Shown here: in pieces, positions 27,977 through 39,231 of the stretch
Numbering within the stretch: the first letter of the stretch is position 1
Layout: every line of letters begins with the position of its first letter
NCBI GenBank assembly: GCA_041552055.1
Contig: JBFELO010000007.1
Coordinates: 564 to 64,563 of the forward strand
Origin: Candidatus Sulfomarinibacteraceae bacterium
GTDB taxonomy: Bacteria; Acidobacteriota; Thermoanaerobaculia; Thermoanaerobaculales; Sulfomarinibacteraceae
Reading direction: 5' to 3'
Length of the DNA: 64,000 nucleotides
Made by a program: the position numbers and the translations under genes
Notes under the pieces: generated by a model
What the model saw: the letters and a program-made list of their open reading frames with translations, nothing else
What the model was told of the DNA's origin: nothing
The model's database searches: none

Positions 27977-30900
27977 CAGACACCACGGGAGCCCGCTACT
28001 GGCGGAGTCTCGACGAGCTGGCTCGGACGCCCGAGTTTCGTGAGGCGGTCCGCCGCGAGTTTCCCGATGACGAATGGGACCGCCTCCCTCCGGCCACTCG
28101 CCGGCAGTTTCTTCGCGTGATGGGCGCTTCGCTGGGACTTGCCGGGCTGACCGCCTGCCGCTGGCCGAAGGAAGAGATCGTACCTTTCGCCCACCGGCCG
28201 GAGGAGCGGATTCCCGGAGTGCCGCAGCAGTTCGCCACGTCACTCGAGCTGGCAGGGGCGGCACTCGGGGTGCTGGTCACGTCGTACGACGGAAGGCCGA
28301 TCATGGTGGAGGGCAATCCGGAGCACCCCGACAGTCTCGGCGCGGCGACCGCGGTCGCCCAGGCCGCCATTCTCGGACTGTACGATCCTGACCGGAGTCG
28401 TCGGATCGTGCTCCGCGAGGCCGGACAGGAGTACGTCAAGGACTGGGACGAGTTCGCGAGCGATGCTGCCCGGCGTTTCGTGGAGTCGGCCGAAGGCGTC
28501 GCGGTGCTGTCCGAGGCGTCATCGTCTCCGAGCCTGCTCGCGGTGAAACAGCGGTTCCTGGAGACCGTGCCGGGCGCCCGCTGGTACGAGTACGAGCCGA
28601 TTTCTCGTGACAACGAGCGTGAGGGGTTGCGGCTCGCCCACGGCCGGCCGCTGCGATTGATACCGCATGTGGACCGAACGCGCGTCGTGGCGTGTTTCGA
28701 TGTCGATCCCCTGTTCGAGCACCCGTCAGCGGTGCGGTTGGCGCGGCAGTTCGCCGCCTTGCGAGAGCCCCGCGACGGGGCGATGAGTCGTCTGTACGTC
28801 GCCGAGAGTTCGTACACCCTGACAGGGGGCCGTGCCGACGGCCGAATCGCCGTCCAGGCGAGTGAGGTCGCCGCGGTGCTGGCCGCCGTGGCCGCACGGA
28901 TCGCCGCCGACTACGGCATCGGGTTGCCGGACGCCCTCGTCGATCTGCCCGGTGCGGGCGGCGTCGACGGGGACTTCGTGGCGGCGGTCGCGGCCGATCT
29001 GGTCGCCCACCGAGGAGCCGGGCTGGTCATGGTCGGACCTCGCCAGGCGCCGGAGGTGCATGCTCTGGCGGCAGCGCTCAACCACGCACTCGGCAACGTG
29101 GGAATCGGCCTGACCTACGCCGAGGATCCCGATCCCGACCGGCCGCCCCACGCGGCAGCTATCGTCGAACTGACCTCGGCGATGCGCGACGGATCCGTGA
29201 ACACGCTCGTGATACTCGGCGGGAACCCGGTATATGACGCCCCTGCGGATCTCGAGTTCGCCGAGCACTTGTCCGGGGTTCCCTACACGGTGCATCTGAG
29301 TCTCCACGACGATGAGACGTCTCGGCGCTGCCGTTGGCACCTCCCGCGGGCACATCAGCTCGAGGAATGGGGCGACGGTCGCGCCTGGGACGGCACCTGG
29401 ACCTGTCGCCAGCCACTGATCGAACCTCTGTACGGTGGTCGATCCGCCGTCGAGGTCGTCACGACGCTCCTCGAACCGGAGCCGGTGCGCGGTCACGACG
29501 TCGTTCGCGAGGTGGCTCGAGCGGCGGCCCCTGGCGTCGACTTCGAACGGTTCTGGCGGCAAGCGCTGCACGACGGGATCGTGCCTGGCACGGCATGGCC
29601 GGAGCAACGACCGGAGCTCTATGGGCCCGGCCTGGCGCGGGCCCGCGAGGGGCTGGCCGAGATCGTGCGCCAGGAACGTGCCTCCGCGAACGCCCTCGAG
29701 TTGGTCCTGGTCGCGGACGCCAAGGTTTACGACGGACGGTTCGCGAACAACGGCTGGCTGCAGGAGCTGCCGGACGCGATCACGAAGGTCACCTGGGACA
29801 ACGCATTGACCATTGCGCCAACGACTGCCCGGGAGCTGGGAATCGCGGACGGCGACGTGGTCGAGCTGTCTGCGGTGGACGTCTCGCTCGAGCTCCCGGT
29901 GTACGTGCTGCCGGGCACGGCGCCCTTCTCGTGTGCCGTGTCGGTCGGCTACGGCCGCGCCGCCGCCGGCAGTGTGGGGACCGGGGTCGGCGTCGACACT
30001 TTCCCGCTGAGGCGGTCGACCGGGACCGACATCATCCGCGGCGTGAACCTTCGTCCGACGGGTCGACGCTACCGCCTGGCGACCACCCAGGACCACCACG
30101 CGATTGACACGCTCGGCTTTGCGGAACGCAACTTCCGGATCGGCAATTTGGTGCGGGAAGCGACGCTCGACGCATACCTCGCCGATCCCGAGCTGTTCCA
30201 CCACATGGACCACCATCCGCCCCTCGAGCAGCTCTGGAAGGCACACACCTACGAGGGCGAGCAGTGGGGGATGGCGATCGACCTCAACGCGTGCACGGGG
30301 TGCAACGCGTGCGTGGTCGCGTGCCAGGCCGAGAACAACATTCCGCTGGTCGGCCGGCAGCAGGTGATCAATCAGCGCGAGATGCACTGGCTCCGCATCG
30401 ACCGTTACTTCAAGACTCCCCCCGGAGTGGCGCCAGACCAGGTGGATGGCGCGGAGATGGTGTTCCAGCCGATGACCTGTGTGCACTGCGAGAACGCCCC
30501 GTGCGAGCAGGTGTGCCCGGTGGCCGCGACCCAACACACACCGGACGGCCTCAACGCAATGGCGTACAACCGTTGCATCGGGACTCGGTACTGCTCGAAC
30601 AACTGCCCGTTCAAGGTGCGGCGGTTCAACTTCTTCAACTACCACAAGACGCTCGCCGACGTGTCCAAGATGCAGTTCAACCCCGAGGTCACGGTGCGCT
30701 CCCGCGGGGTGATGGAGAAGTGCACCTTCTGCGTTCAGCGGATCCAGAGCGTGCGTATTCAGGCACGAAACGACCGACGGCCCATCCGAGATGGAGAGGT
30801 CGTGCCAGCGTGTGCTCAAACCTGTCCCAGTCGCGCGATCGCGTTCGGGAATCTGAACGATCCGGAGAGCGAGGTGTCGAAGCTCCGCGGCTCACACCGC

Positions 30901-31035
30901 GCGTACGCGACCCTGGTCGAGCTCAATATCCGGCCGCGGACGCACTACCTGGCGCGGCTGAGCAACCCGGCGGGCAGGTCCGGCCAGGACGACCGCCAAT
31001 CGGAGCACGGTTCTCACGGGAAGGAGTCGGCCTGA
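27964..31035 (+). CDS. actB: Alternative complex III subunit B (molybdopterin-oxidoreductase-like domain plus Fe-S domain)
   Basis: [14 protein letters not shown] Tat motif with [21 protein letters not shown], Cys clusters [27 protein letters not shown]. Confidence 0.95.
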   Translation: MPSLTDTTGARYWRSLDELARTPEFREAVRREFPDDEWDRLPPATRRQFLRVMGASLGLAGLTACRWPKEEIVPFAHRPEERIPGVPQQFATSLELAGAALGVLVTSYDGRPIMVEGNPEHPDSLGAATAVAQAAILGLYDPDRSRRIVLREAGQEYVKDWDEFASDAARRFVESAEGVAVLSEASSSPSLLAVKQRFLETVPGARWYEYEPISRDNEREGLRLAHGRPLRLIPHVDRTRVVACFDVDPLFEHPSAVRLARQFAALREPRDGAMSRLYVAESSYTLTGGRADGRIAVQASEVAAVLAAVAARIAADYGIGLPDALVDLPGAGGVDGDFVAAVAADLVAHRGAGLVMVGPRQAPEVHALAAALNHALGNVGIGLTYAEDPDPDRPPHAAAIVELTSAMRDGSVNTLVILGGNPVYDAPADLEFAEHLSGVPYTVHLSLHDDETSRRCRWHLPRAHQLEEWGDGRAWDGTWTCRQPLIEPLYGGRSAVEVVTTLLEPEPVRGHDVVREVARAAAPGVDFERFWRQALHDGIVPGTAWPEQRPELYGPGLARAREGLAEIVRQERASANALELVLVADAKVYDGRFANNGWLQELPDAITKVTWDNALTIAPTTARELGIADGDVVELSAVDVSLELPVYVLPGTAPFSCAVSVGYGRAAAGSVGTGVGVDTFPLRRSTGTDIIRGVNLRPTGRRYRLATTQDHHAIDTLGFAERNFRIGNLVREATLDAYLADPELFHHMDHHPPLEQLWKAHTYEGEQWGMAIDLNACTGCNACVVACQAENNIPLVGRQQVINQREMHWLRIDRYFKTPPGVAPDQVDGAEMVFQPMTCVHCENAPCEQVCPVAATQHTPDGLNAMAYNRCIGTRYCSNNCPFKVRRFNFFNYHKTLADVSKMQFNPEVTVRSRGVMEKCTFCVQRIQSVRIQARNDRRPIRDGEVVPACAQTCPSRAIAFGNLNDPESEVSKLRGSHRAYATLVELNIRPRTHYLARLSNPAGRSGQDDRQSEHGSHGKESA

Positions 31036-31039
31036 AGCA

Positions 31040-33043
31040 ATGGCAACGTCGACCCTCGATTCCACGGTAATGCTCGACAACACCGCCGACGACCCGACCC
31101 GCAGAGCGCCGCTGGTGCTCAACCACACGGAGTTCGGCTTCGTCACCGACACCGTGTGCGGCGTGGTCGAGCGCAAGACACCGAAGATCTGGTACCCGGC
31201 GTTCGCGATCGCCGTCACCCTCACCGGCGTGCTCTTCGCCATGGTCGCCTACCTGGTGACGACCGGCATCGGCGTGTGGGGGCTTCAGATACCCGTGGCG
31301 TGGGGCTACGCGATCGTCAACTTCGTGTTCTGGGTCGGCATCGGACACGCCGGAACGCTGATCTCCGCGATCCTGTTCCTGTTGCGCCAGAAGTGGCGCA
31401 CCAGCATCAACCGTTTCGCCGAGGCGATGACCATCTTCGCGGTGGTGTGCGCCGGGCTGTTCCCGGGGATTCACGTGGGCCGCGTCTGGCTCGCGTACTG
31501 GCTCGCGCCGATCCCCAACCAGATGCAGATGTGGCCCAACTTCAGGTCACCCCTGCTGTGGGACGTCTTCGCGGTCGGGACCTACGCCACCGTGTCGCTG
31601 CTGTTCTGGTACATGGGCATGCTCCCGGATCTCGCGACCCTGCGGGACCGAGCCACGACCCGGGTCCGGTGGTTCTTTTACGGCCTGTTGAGCCTTGGCT
31701 GGCGGTCCTCCAACCGCCACTGGCACCGGTTCGAGATGGCCTACCTGCTCCTGGCAGCGCTCGCGACACCGCTGGTGCTGTCGGTGCACTCGGTGGTGAG
31801 CTTCGACTTCGCGGTGTCGATCGTTCCCGGCTGGCACACCACGATCTTTCCGCCGTACTTCGTCGCCGGCGCGATCTTCTCCGGTTTCGCGATGGTGGTC
31901 ACGCTGGTGATCCCCACGCGTTACTTCTTCAAGCTGCAGGAGATCATCACGCTGCGTCACCTCGAGAACATGTCCAAGATCATGCTCGCCACCGGAATGA
32001 TGGTGGGCCTCGCGTACTCGACCGAGTTCTTCGTCGCCTGGTACAGCGGCAACGCCTACGAGGCGTTCACCTTCCTCAACCGGGCGTTCGGTCCGTACGC
32101 CTGGGCGTACTGGATCATGGTGAGCTGTAACGTGCTCGTGCCGCAGATCTTCTGGATCAAGAAGATGCGCACGAACATGCTGGTCATGTGGATCGCGTCG
32201 ATCCTGATCAACGTCGGGATGTGGTTCGAGCGGTTCGTCATCGTGGTGAGCTCGCTGAGCCGCGACTACTTCCCCTCCAGCTGGGGCTACTACAAGCCGT
32301 CGATCGTCGACGTCCTGACCTTCGTGGGGAGCTTCGGTCTGTTCTTCACCCTGTTCCTCCTGTTCATCCGCTTCCTGCCGATGATCGGCATGGCCGAGGT
32401 CAAGGGCGTGATGCCGGCGGCCCTCCACGGCGAGCCCGGCCACGGCGACTACCACGGCGACATCGTCGACATCCGGAAGCGGCGCGGCGGTCTGGAGTGG
32501 ACTGGTGTCCGCCTATCCGATGTCTTCGGCTACCTCGTCTCGTTCGACAACGTCGACGATCTGCTCGCCGGCGCCGCCAAGGTCCGGGACGCGGGCTACA
32601 CCAAGTGGGACGCGCACTCGCCGTTCGTGGTCCACGGCCTCGATAGGGCAATGGGAATCCGCCCGACGCGTCTGCCGTACGTTGTCTTCGCGGCCGGCCT
32701 GACGGGCGCCATCTTCGGCGTGCTGCTGCAGTGGTTCACCAACGCCTTCGACTACCCGTTCATGGTCAGCGGCAAGCCGATCTTCAGCCTGCCGGCGAAC
32801 ATCCCGGTGGCGTTCGAGACCACCATCCTGTTCGCCGCCATCGGAGCACTGCTCGGGATGCTCGTGTTCAACGGCCTGCCTCAGCTGTCCCATTCGCTGC
32901 ATGCGAATCGGAACTTCAAGCGCGCGACAGACGACAGGTTCTACATCAGCATCGAAGCTGGTGACCCGTTGTTCGACGCCGCTGAAACCCGTGCACTGCT
33001 GGAGTCGTTGGGAGGATCGAGTGTGGAGGAGGTGGAGGCGTGA
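31040..33043 (+). CDS. actC: Alternative complex III ActC (NrfD family) fused to ActD (DUF3341)
   Basis: [43 protein letters not shown]; continues in frame into DAHSPF.VHG and FETTILFAA (ActD). Confidence 0.92.
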   Translation: MATSTLDSTVMLDNTADDPTRRAPLVLNHTEFGFVTDTVCGVVERKTPKIWYPAFAIAVTLTGVLFAMVAYLVTTGIGVWGLQIPVAWGYAIVNFVFWVGIGHAGTLISAILFLLRQKWRTSINRFAEAMTIFAVVCAGLFPGIHVGRVWLAYWLAPIPNQMQMWPNFRSPLLWDVFAVGTYATVSLLFWYMGMLPDLATLRDRATTRVRWFFYGLLSLGWRSSNRHWHRFEMAYLLLAALATPLVLSVHSVVSFDFAVSIVPGWHTTIFPPYFVAGAIFSGFAMVVTLVIPTRYFFKLQEIITLRHLENMSKIMLATGMMVGLAYSTEFFVAWYSGNAYEAFTFLNRAFGPYAWAYWIMVSCNVLVPQIFWIKKMRTNMLVMWIASILINVGMWFERFVIVVSSLSRDYFPSSWGYYKPSIVDVLTFVGSFGLFFTLFLLFIRFLPMIGMAEVKGVMPAALHGEPGHGDYHGDIVDIRKRRGGLEWTGVRLSDVFGYLVSFDNVDDLLAGAAKVRDAGYTKWDAHSPFVVHGLDRAMGIRPTRLPYVVFAAGLTGAIFGVLLQWFTNAFDYPFMVSGKPIFSLPANIPVAFETTILFAAIGALLGMLVFNGLPQLSHSLHANRNFKRATDDRFYISIEAGDPLFDAAETRALLESLGGSSVEEVEA

Positions 33044-33699
33044 GGGTGCCGCGCTGGCTGGTGTATTCGATAGCGGTGCTGATCGTGCTGTCGTGGGTGC
33101 CGATCGCGCTTATCATGCGTGCTCGAAACGTCACCTCGACCAAACCACGGATCCACATCATCCAGGACATGGACAATCAGGCGAAGATCAAGCCCCAGCA
33201 GCGCAATCCGATGTTCGCCGACCGCCGTGGCATGCGACCGCCGGTGTCGGGGACTGTCGCGCGCGGCGAATCGAGGCTGAACGATGGCATCGATAGGGGA
33301 ATAGGCGACGGCAACGACCCGAGCTCGTGGGTGGAATCGATCCCGGTGCCGATCACGATGCAGATGATGCGGAGAGGGCAGGAGCGGTACGACATCTTCT
33401 GCTCGCCCTGCCACGGCCTCGCCGGGTACGGCGACGGGATGGTGTCGAAGCGCGCCGAGGATCTCCAGGAGGGAACGTGGACGCCGCCGTCCTCCCTGCA
33501 CACCGATCTGATCACGGGCCGGCCGGTAGGTCAGCTGTACAACACCATCACCAACGGCATCCGAAACATGCCGGCCTATGGGCCGCAGATTTCCGTGGAG
33601 GATCGGTGGGCGATCGTGGCCTACGTCCGGGCCCTCCAGAGGAGCCAGGCGGCAACGGTCGAAGACGTTCCCGAGGAGCTGCAGGCTTCCCTGCGTTAG
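33040..33699 (+). CDS. actE: Alternative complex III monohaem cytochrome c subunit
   Basis: [47 protein letters not shown]. Confidence 0.9.
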   Translation: MRVPRWLVYSIAVLIVLSWVPIALIMRARNVTSTKPRIHIIQDMDNQAKIKPQQRNPMFADRRGMRPPVSGTVARGESRLNDGIDRGIGDGNDPSSWVESIPVPITMQMMRRGQERYDIFCSPCHGLAGYGDGMVSKRAEDLQEGTWTPPSSLHTDLITGRPVGQLYNTITNGIRNMPAYGPQISVEDRWAIVAYVRALQRSQAATVEDVPEELQASLR

Positions 33700-33793
33700 G
33701 AGAGTTCGAGTTGCGTTGGACGGATGACACGTGGTGCGTTCCGCCGGGCCGGGAGGCGAGAGGCATCCGCAATATTCGTGGGTGGGGGAGTCG

Positions 33794-34999
33794 ATGCGAG
33801 TAGTCGACATTTCGGCGGAGCCCAGACGGCTGGACGCGATCAAGGGTCTGTGGCTCGGGCTGAGCGTGGTCGTCGCGCTGGTCGGCGCCGTGGGTTCTCT
33901 GGTGTTGGCGTCGTCCATGGAAGGCGGCGTAGAGTACCTGCTCGAGACCTACCTGGTGAGCTACTCGCTGTTGCTCGGCATCTCCCTGGGCGGGCTGTTC
34001 TTCGTGATGTTGCAGCACGTCACCCGTGCCGGCTGGAGCGTGGTGGTCCGCCGGATCGCCGAGGGGTTCGCGTGCAACCTGGGCCCGATGGCGCTGCTGG
34101 TGCTCCCGATCCTGTGGGGCATGCATCACCTCTACCACTGGTCGCACGCCGATGCGGCGGCGCACGATCCGCTGCTCGCCGCCAAGGCGGGCTTCCTGAA
34201 TCCGACCTTCTTCATCGTCCGGCTCGCGATTTACTTCACCGTGTGGACTGTTCTCTCGGCGTTCTTCCGCTATACCTCGGTGGCACAGGACTCGTCCGGC
34301 GATCCCGCGCTCACGCGCCGGATGGAAAAGGTGGCTGCGCCGGGGATCGTGCTGTTCGCGCTGACGTTGAACTTCGCGGCCTTCGATCTGTTGATGTCGC
34401 TCGATCCGCACTGGTACAGCACCATCTACGGTGTCTACTACTTCGCGGCCTGTGTCGTCAGCTTCCTGGCGGTGATGCCGAAGGTGCTGGTCGCGCTGCA
34501 GAGCAGAGGGCTGCTCCCCAATGCAGTGACGGTCGAGCACTACCACGACCTGGGCAAGCTGCTGTTCGCGTTTGTCGTGTTCTGGGCCTACATCGCGTTC
34601 TCGCAGTACATGCTGATCTGGTACGGAAACATCCCCGAGGAGACCCAGTGGTACCTGAAGCGCCAGACGGGCGACTGGGCCTGGGTGAGTCTGGCCCTGC
34701 TGTTCGGACACTTCGTGATCCCGTTCCTGGTCCTCATCTCCCGTTTCGTGAAGCGGCGCCGGATGCTGTTGGCCGTGACCGGCGGTTACATGATCGTCAT
34801 GTGCTGGCTCGACATGTACTGGCTGGTGATTCCCGAGTTCAGCCCCGGGGTGGCCAGGTTCGGGCTGCTCGACGTGCTGTGCTGGCTGGGCCTGACCGGT
34901 GTGTACTCGCTCGTGCTGTACCTGAATCTGCGCCGGTCGTCGCTCATCCCCGAGCAGGACCCGCGACTCGCCGAGTCGTTGGCCTTCGAGAACGCGTGA
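33794..34999 (+). CDS. actF: Alternative complex III membrane subunit F
   Basis: Multi-TM; AGWSVVVRR, LMSLDPHWYST, HYHDLGKL, FWAYIAFSQYMLIWYGNIPEE. Confidence 0.92.
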   Translation: MRVVDISAEPRRLDAIKGLWLGLSVVVALVGAVGSLVLASSMEGGVEYLLETYLVSYSLLLGISLGGLFFVMLQHVTRAGWSVVVRRIAEGFACNLGPMALLVLPILWGMHHLYHWSHADAAAHDPLLAAKAGFLNPTFFIVRLAIYFTVWTVLSAFFRYTSVAQDSSGDPALTRRMEKVAAPGIVLFALTLNFAAFDLLMSLDPHWYSTIYGVYYFAACVVSFLAVMPKVLVALQSRGLLPNAVTVEHYHDLGKLLFAFVVFWAYIAFSQYMLIWYGNIPEETQWYLKRQTGDWAWVSLALLFGHFVIPFLVLISRFVKRRRMLLAVTGGYMIVMCWLDMYWLVIPEFSPGVARFGLLDVLCWLGLTGVYSLVLYLNLRRSSLIPEQDPRLAESLAFENA

Positions 35000-35081
35000 T
35001 GGTTGCCGCCGTGGGCGAGGCACTGTGCTGGACTGGACGGTCCGTTGTTGTCCGTTCCACAATTCGAGGTGAGGTCTTCTG

Positions 35082-35369
35082 ATGCGGTACGACGACCCCA
35101 ACGTGCCCGCGAGCGCCATCGTCGGTATCATCAGTGCGATCCTGCTGTTCGCGATCATCGTGGCTCTGCAGGCGTTGTTCTACTCGTTCGAGGAGCAGGA
35201 GCTCCAGCGCAAGGTCTACGGTCAACCGTACGAGGCCCTGCAGCGGCTGGACGCCGATCAGGTCGAGCGGCTCAACAGCTACGGCTGGATCAGCGAGCCC
35301 GATGGCGTCGTCCACATCCCGATCGATCGCGCCATGGAACTCACCGTCGAAGACCTCGCGCAGGAGTAA
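35082..35369 (+). CDS. Small ACIII-associated membrane protein (ActG-like)
   Basis: One TM; LNSYGWI...VHIPIDRAMEL motif; SD GAGGT; position after actF. Confidence 0.75.
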   Translation: MRYDDPNVPASAIVGIISAILLFAIIVALQALFYSFEEQELQRKVYGQPYEALQRLDADQVERLNSYGWISEPDGVVHIPIDRAMELTVEDLAQE

Positions 35370-35417
35370 CCACCAGCCTACGGTACCTTCCGCCGACATG
35401 AGTACAAAGCACCAATC

Positions 35418-35960
35418 GTGCCCGTCTCCGTTTCCGTCTCCGTGCCCGAAGGGTCAGATTGCTCTGCGGATCTCGTTCAAGAAAGCGGTGAGGGGGTCGA
35501 CCTCCGCCGCTCGCAGCTAACGCTGCGAGCACGGTGCGTCGCATCGTCCCTCTCCGAACGCGAGCGTTCGTCGATGGCCTCTGCTCCGCTCCTTGCCCGC
35601 CTGCGGCGGACACCGGGGTGATGAGTGGGCAACCGCACACACCCTCTTTCGATTCATCGCGCCAAGCGCCGGGTCTCTCGCGGCGCCCTGCTCGCTCGGC
35701 TTCGGAGGGACGACCACGAGGTCTATCCCTCCTTGCCTCGCTCGCGATGCGCACCGAGAGACCCACCTTTGGCGCGATCCGCTTCGCGGGGTCGGCGCGA
35801 TCTCGGTGGTGATGCATTCGGCGGCAGCGCCTGCGGCGCTGCACGCGCTCAGCCTGGCGGCTTCGCGCTGCCTCGAGGTCGCTTTCGACTCCCACTGCGG
35901 CCCGCGATACGCCGCGATCTGGCGCGTCCGGGAGCCGCGCCATCTCACGACGTCTCCCGG
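35418..35960. repeat. Cluster of REP-like hairpins after the act operon
   Basis: Hexamer arm at 35418-35450; GCTCGCAGC-taac-GCTGCGAGC at 35509-35530; nested 123-nt hairpin at 35656-35778; several cgcctgcggcg and cgcttcgcg cores. Confidence 0.65.
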
Positions 35961-36177
35961 CCCTCGTGAAGAAGCCTTCGCGACCTCTCGTCCGCCGACC
36001 GGTGCTCGAGCCACCGGAGCTCCCACGGGGAGCGCGTCGGGGAGATGTCGCCTCGAGAGGAAGAGATCGTTGCAGAGTGAGTCCGCTCAAGCCTGATGGC
36101 CACAAGCGCCCAGGCCCTCGCCGCTGGAGGTGCGACGAGAGGATCTGGCCGCTCGAGGGCGCGCACGGGGTGCGCGC

Positions 36178-36939
36178 CTACTTCTCTGGCTCGTAGCTCA
36201 GATCCTCGCGGAGCCTGAGAACGGAGCTGCTGGTGCTGCGGACAGCACCGCCGATCGTGTCACGGATCGACTGCGCCTCGGCCTCGCCGTAGACCTCTGC
36301 CACGATGTCCCAGAGCGGCGGTTGACGGGGTTCGAAGTCCGCCCAGTTCGCGCGTGGCACGGCGAGCGTCATCGTCGGACCTTCGGAGCCGCTGACCGTC
36401 GTCAGCCAGGCGTAATGCCGCTCCGGGGCCTTTTCGGCGACCGCGCGGTGCAGCTTCTCCACCGCGGCCACGAATTCTCGGACGCCTCCGAAGGTGAGGT
36501 CGTACCGGGTCGCCGACACCAGCGCCGGTCGTTCGAGGTCGGGCGGCCAGTTGGAGATCGTGGGCTCGAACCTCTCGATAGTGCTCGCGATTGACGTGGT
36601 GTGCCCCGCCACCGTCGCCATGAAGTCGGCCCGGTCGAGCCGGTCGAGCTCGGCTCTGGCATCGAACTCCTGCCAGTGGTGGCCGTGGGACCGGACGATG
36701 TACTGCCCGAAGTCCCGGCCGACGATCACCTGCCAGGTGTACCACGCCCACGGGTCGTCGTTCACAACGCCGGCCGTGAGGTGTTCCCGCAGCGCGGCCT
36801 CGAACTGGAGCACCTCACCCGGTTCGACGTCGACCGTGAAGCTCTTTGTCATCAGACCGGGCGGCTCGACCTGTGCCGCGGCCGGCAGAACAACCCCAGT
36901 TACCACGGCGACCATCGCGAGCCAGTTGAACACGCGCAT
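36178..36939 (-). CDS. Secreted hypothetical protein (two similar alpha/beta halves)
   Basis: The real gene is the 3' part of the 833-aa track ORF; signal MRVFNWLAMVAVVTGVVLPAAA; SD AAGGAG; both halves contain W..F(D/E) motifs. Confidence 0.75.
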   Translation of the reverse strand: MRVFNWLAMVAVVTGVVLPAAAQVEPPGLMTKSFTVDVEPGEVLQFEAALREHLTAGVVNDDPWAWYTWQVIVGRDFGQYIVRSHGHHWQEFDARAELDRLDRADFMATVAGHTTSIASTIERFEPTISNWPPDLERPALVSATRYDLTFGGVREFVAAVEKLHRAVAEKAPERHYAWLTTVSGSEGPTMTLAVPRANWADFEPRQPPLWDIVAEVYGEAEAQSIRDTIGGAVRSTSSSVLRLREDLSYEPEK

Positions 36940-37009
36940 CCCTCGACTCCTTTCGGTGGCTCCGAACTCTGGCTCTGTTGCGACTGGAAATACCGAGAGC
37001 CAGAAGTCC

Positions 37010-37053
37010 TTGAGATACACTCTCAAATATACCGGCCCGTCTACAATTGTCAA
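37010..37053 (-). promoter_or_regulatory. Sigma-70 promoter with an overlapping palindromic operator
   Basis: TTGACA-N16-TATATT; IR TTGAGA-TACAC-TCTCAA (37010-37026) over the predicted start site. Confidence 0.65.
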
Positions 37054-37149
37054 CCGAACGCTTGCCGGGCCGGGTGAGGAATCTGCCCTCGGCATCGGCT
37101 GTTGCCGGTGGGGACGTCGGGCCAAGCTCGGCGCCCGCACCACGATCAC

Positions 37150-38607
37150 ATGTTGAATCTCATTCGAAGCTTCGTGCTCGCGCTCTGCCTGATGTGGGCC
37201 CCGACAGCCCGCACCGCTGACGATGTCGCCGCAGTTGTGGCTTCGACGGGACATGCCGAGTGGACCGAGGGCAACCGCATCGAGTTGATCGTGGATCCGC
37301 AGCAGGCGTGGCAGGCGAGGCTCGATCTGATCAGCCGGGCGAAACACCACATTTTCGTGAGCGCCTTCTCGTGGCACAACGACCCATTCGGAGTGGAGTT
37401 CGCGGAGCGACTGGCCGAGGTCGTGGCGGATCGTCGGCGCGAGAACCCGGATTTCATCGCCTACTGCATGATCGATTCGTCTGCCATGGGCTTGTTCAAC
37501 CGGTACAGCAGGACCTTCAAAGAGCTCCGCAACGCCGGCGCCGTGATCATCGGATTCAACCCGAGCATGGGCACGGCTACGGCCGTATACGATGGTCGCT
37601 TGCACGACAAGATGATCATCGTGGACGGGCGGTGGGCACTGGTCAGCGGCCGTAACGTCGCGGAGGAGTACTACGACCCTCTGGAGTGGTGGTTCGACGC
37701 CGGCGTATCGGTCGAAGGGCCCGCGGTGCAGGTCCTCCAGATGAACTTCCTCAAGGCTTGGGCGTCGGCGATCGACCTCGCCAAGACCGGTCGCTTCTTC
37801 TGGCCCGAGGAGAAGATCCGGCAGCGCATCCGGACCCTGTGGCGGACCGGGCGTTTTCCCGGGGGCGACAGCCCGCTCGAGAGGTACATGACGTCCGAGT
37901 TCTTCCCGCCGAGCGACGGCAGCGGCGGAGGCGTCAAGGCGTTGGTCCTGTACGACAACCCGTTCGTCAGCCGCAGGGCGGCCAGCACAGATGTGCTGAT
38001 CGAACTGGTGGCGCGGGCCGAGCACGAGCTCGACCTGATGACGCCGTTTCCGAACATGCCGGACGAGCTCGTTTCGGAGATCGAACTGGCGGCTGCACGT
38101 GGTGTGGCGGTGCGGCTGTTCGTCAACGGCCCGGAGGCCGCGATCCGGGGTGGGCCGTTTCTGCTGTCCGGGCTGCCGACCGTAATCCGGTTGATCGACG
38201 TTGGTGCCGAGGTGTGGGCGTGGAGCGGTGACGGCGAGTTTCACAGCGAGCTCGAGGAGACGGGCTGCAGCCCTCCCACCATGCCACCCATGGCGGTCCA
38301 CGGGAAGGTGGCGCGGATCGACGACGAGCTGACGATGGTCCACTCGTCCAACTTCAACATCCGGTCGACCTACTACAACACCGAGGCCGGCCTTGTGATG
38401 ATGGACCGCAGGCTCAATCAGGAGCTGAAGGCGCTGTTGGACCGGCTCATCAGTCTGCACGATCTCGAGATCGCCTGCGAGGACGGTCTCGCCGGCATCA
38501 CGGTCGAGCACGTCGTGCACCGGCTCACGGTGGACGACATCCCCGACCTCGAGCGCAAGCTCGGAAAGAAACAAGGATTTCTCGACTCGATGGCGGTGGT
38601 GTGGTGA
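37150..38607 (+). CDS. Secreted phospholipase D family protein (cardiolipin-synthase-like)
   Basis: Two HKD motifs: HDKMIIVD..SGRN and HGKVARID..SSNF..RS; signal peptide. Confidence 0.9.
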   Translation: MLNLIRSFVLALCLMWAPTARTADDVAAVVASTGHAEWTEGNRIELIVDPQQAWQARLDLISRAKHHIFVSAFSWHNDPFGVEFAERLAEVVADRRRENPDFIAYCMIDSSAMGLFNRYSRTFKELRNAGAVIIGFNPSMGTATAVYDGRLHDKMIIVDGRWALVSGRNVAEEYYDPLEWWFDAGVSVEGPAVQVLQMNFLKAWASAIDLAKTGRFFWPEEKIRQRIRTLWRTGRFPGGDSPLERYMTSEFFPPSDGSGGGVKALVLYDNPFVSRRAASTDVLIELVARAEHELDLMTPFPNMPDELVSEIELAAARGVAVRLFVNGPEAAIRGGPFLLSGLPTVIRLIDVGAEVWAWSGDGEFHSELEETGCSPPTMPPMAVHGKVARIDDELTMVHSSNFNIRSTYYNTEAGLVMMDRRLNQELKALLDRLISLHDLEIACEDGLAGITVEHVVHRLTVDDIPDLERKLGKKQGFLDSMAVVW

Positions 38608-39191
38608 CCGGGGCGCCCGGCAGCTGGACCGTTGGCGGATCGCTCGTGGTGCTGCTGGTGGCCGCGTGTGGCGTTGCAATCGCTCGGGATCCGATCGATC
38701 TCGACGCCTGGCATGCCGAGAACGCCGACCCCGCTCCTGAAGAACCTCGGGCAGGGTATTCGCTCGGCGTGTACCCCGGGGTGTCTGGTGTTCTGGGGGC
38801 GCCGAACCTGTTCTCCTACCAGTACGGAGCCTACCTGTCGCTGTCGGACGGGCGCTCCTTCAGCCTATTCGTCGGCTACGGCGAGGAGCGGGGATCGCCC
38901 GCAGATTGCGAGATCTACACCGTTGGCTGGGGTGGTGTGCGGCGGCTGCCGTCGGCGGCACCTCAGCGCGGTTTCCACGGCAAGTTCCTTCGCTACCGAC
39001 GATGGGATCACCGAGACCATGGGATCCACCACGGCCTGTCGGTCGGGACGGAGATGGGTGTCGGGATGCTGTCACTGACGTTCGAACTCGGGGCCGCACG
39101 TTCTGATCGGAACCACTGGATGGCGACCGCCCAGGTCGCTCTCAAGGTGGCGCTGCCGGTGTTCATTCCGCTCGGGGGCAACCACACCTGA
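38604..39191 (+). CDS. Secreted hypothetical protein (possible small beta-barrel)
   Basis: GTGA overlap with the PLD stop; signal-like N-terminus; alternating beta-strand pattern. Confidence 0.6.
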   Translation: MTGAPGSWTVGGSLVVLLVAACGVAIARDPIDLDAWHAENADPAPEEPRAGYSLGVYPGVSGVLGAPNLFSYQYGAYLSLSDGRSFSLFVGYGEERGSPADCEIYTVGWGGVRRLPSAAPQRGFHGKFLRYRRWDHRDHGIHHGLSVGTEMGVGMLSLTFELGAARSDRNHWMATAQVALKVALPVFIPLGGNHT

Positions 39192-39231
39192 CGCTTCCGA
39201 ACTCGGCGAGCTTCGGTGGTATCCTCCATCG

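Noticed and set aside
28726-30819. 697-aa minus-strand ORF, and similar long ORFs at 33548-35158, 43849-45423, 51728-53077 and 12103-13680
   Set aside because: Antisense to well-supported genes, no recognisable motifs, and expected in GC-rich DNA.
35400-36170. Short ORFs in the interval after the act operon
   Set aside because: Several overlapping frames, none protein-like; the region is better explained by palindromic repeats.
36940-38679. N-terminal ~580 aa of the 833-aa track ORF
   Set aside because: Antisense to the PLD gene; the real gene starts at 36939 with its own promoter, SD and signal peptide.
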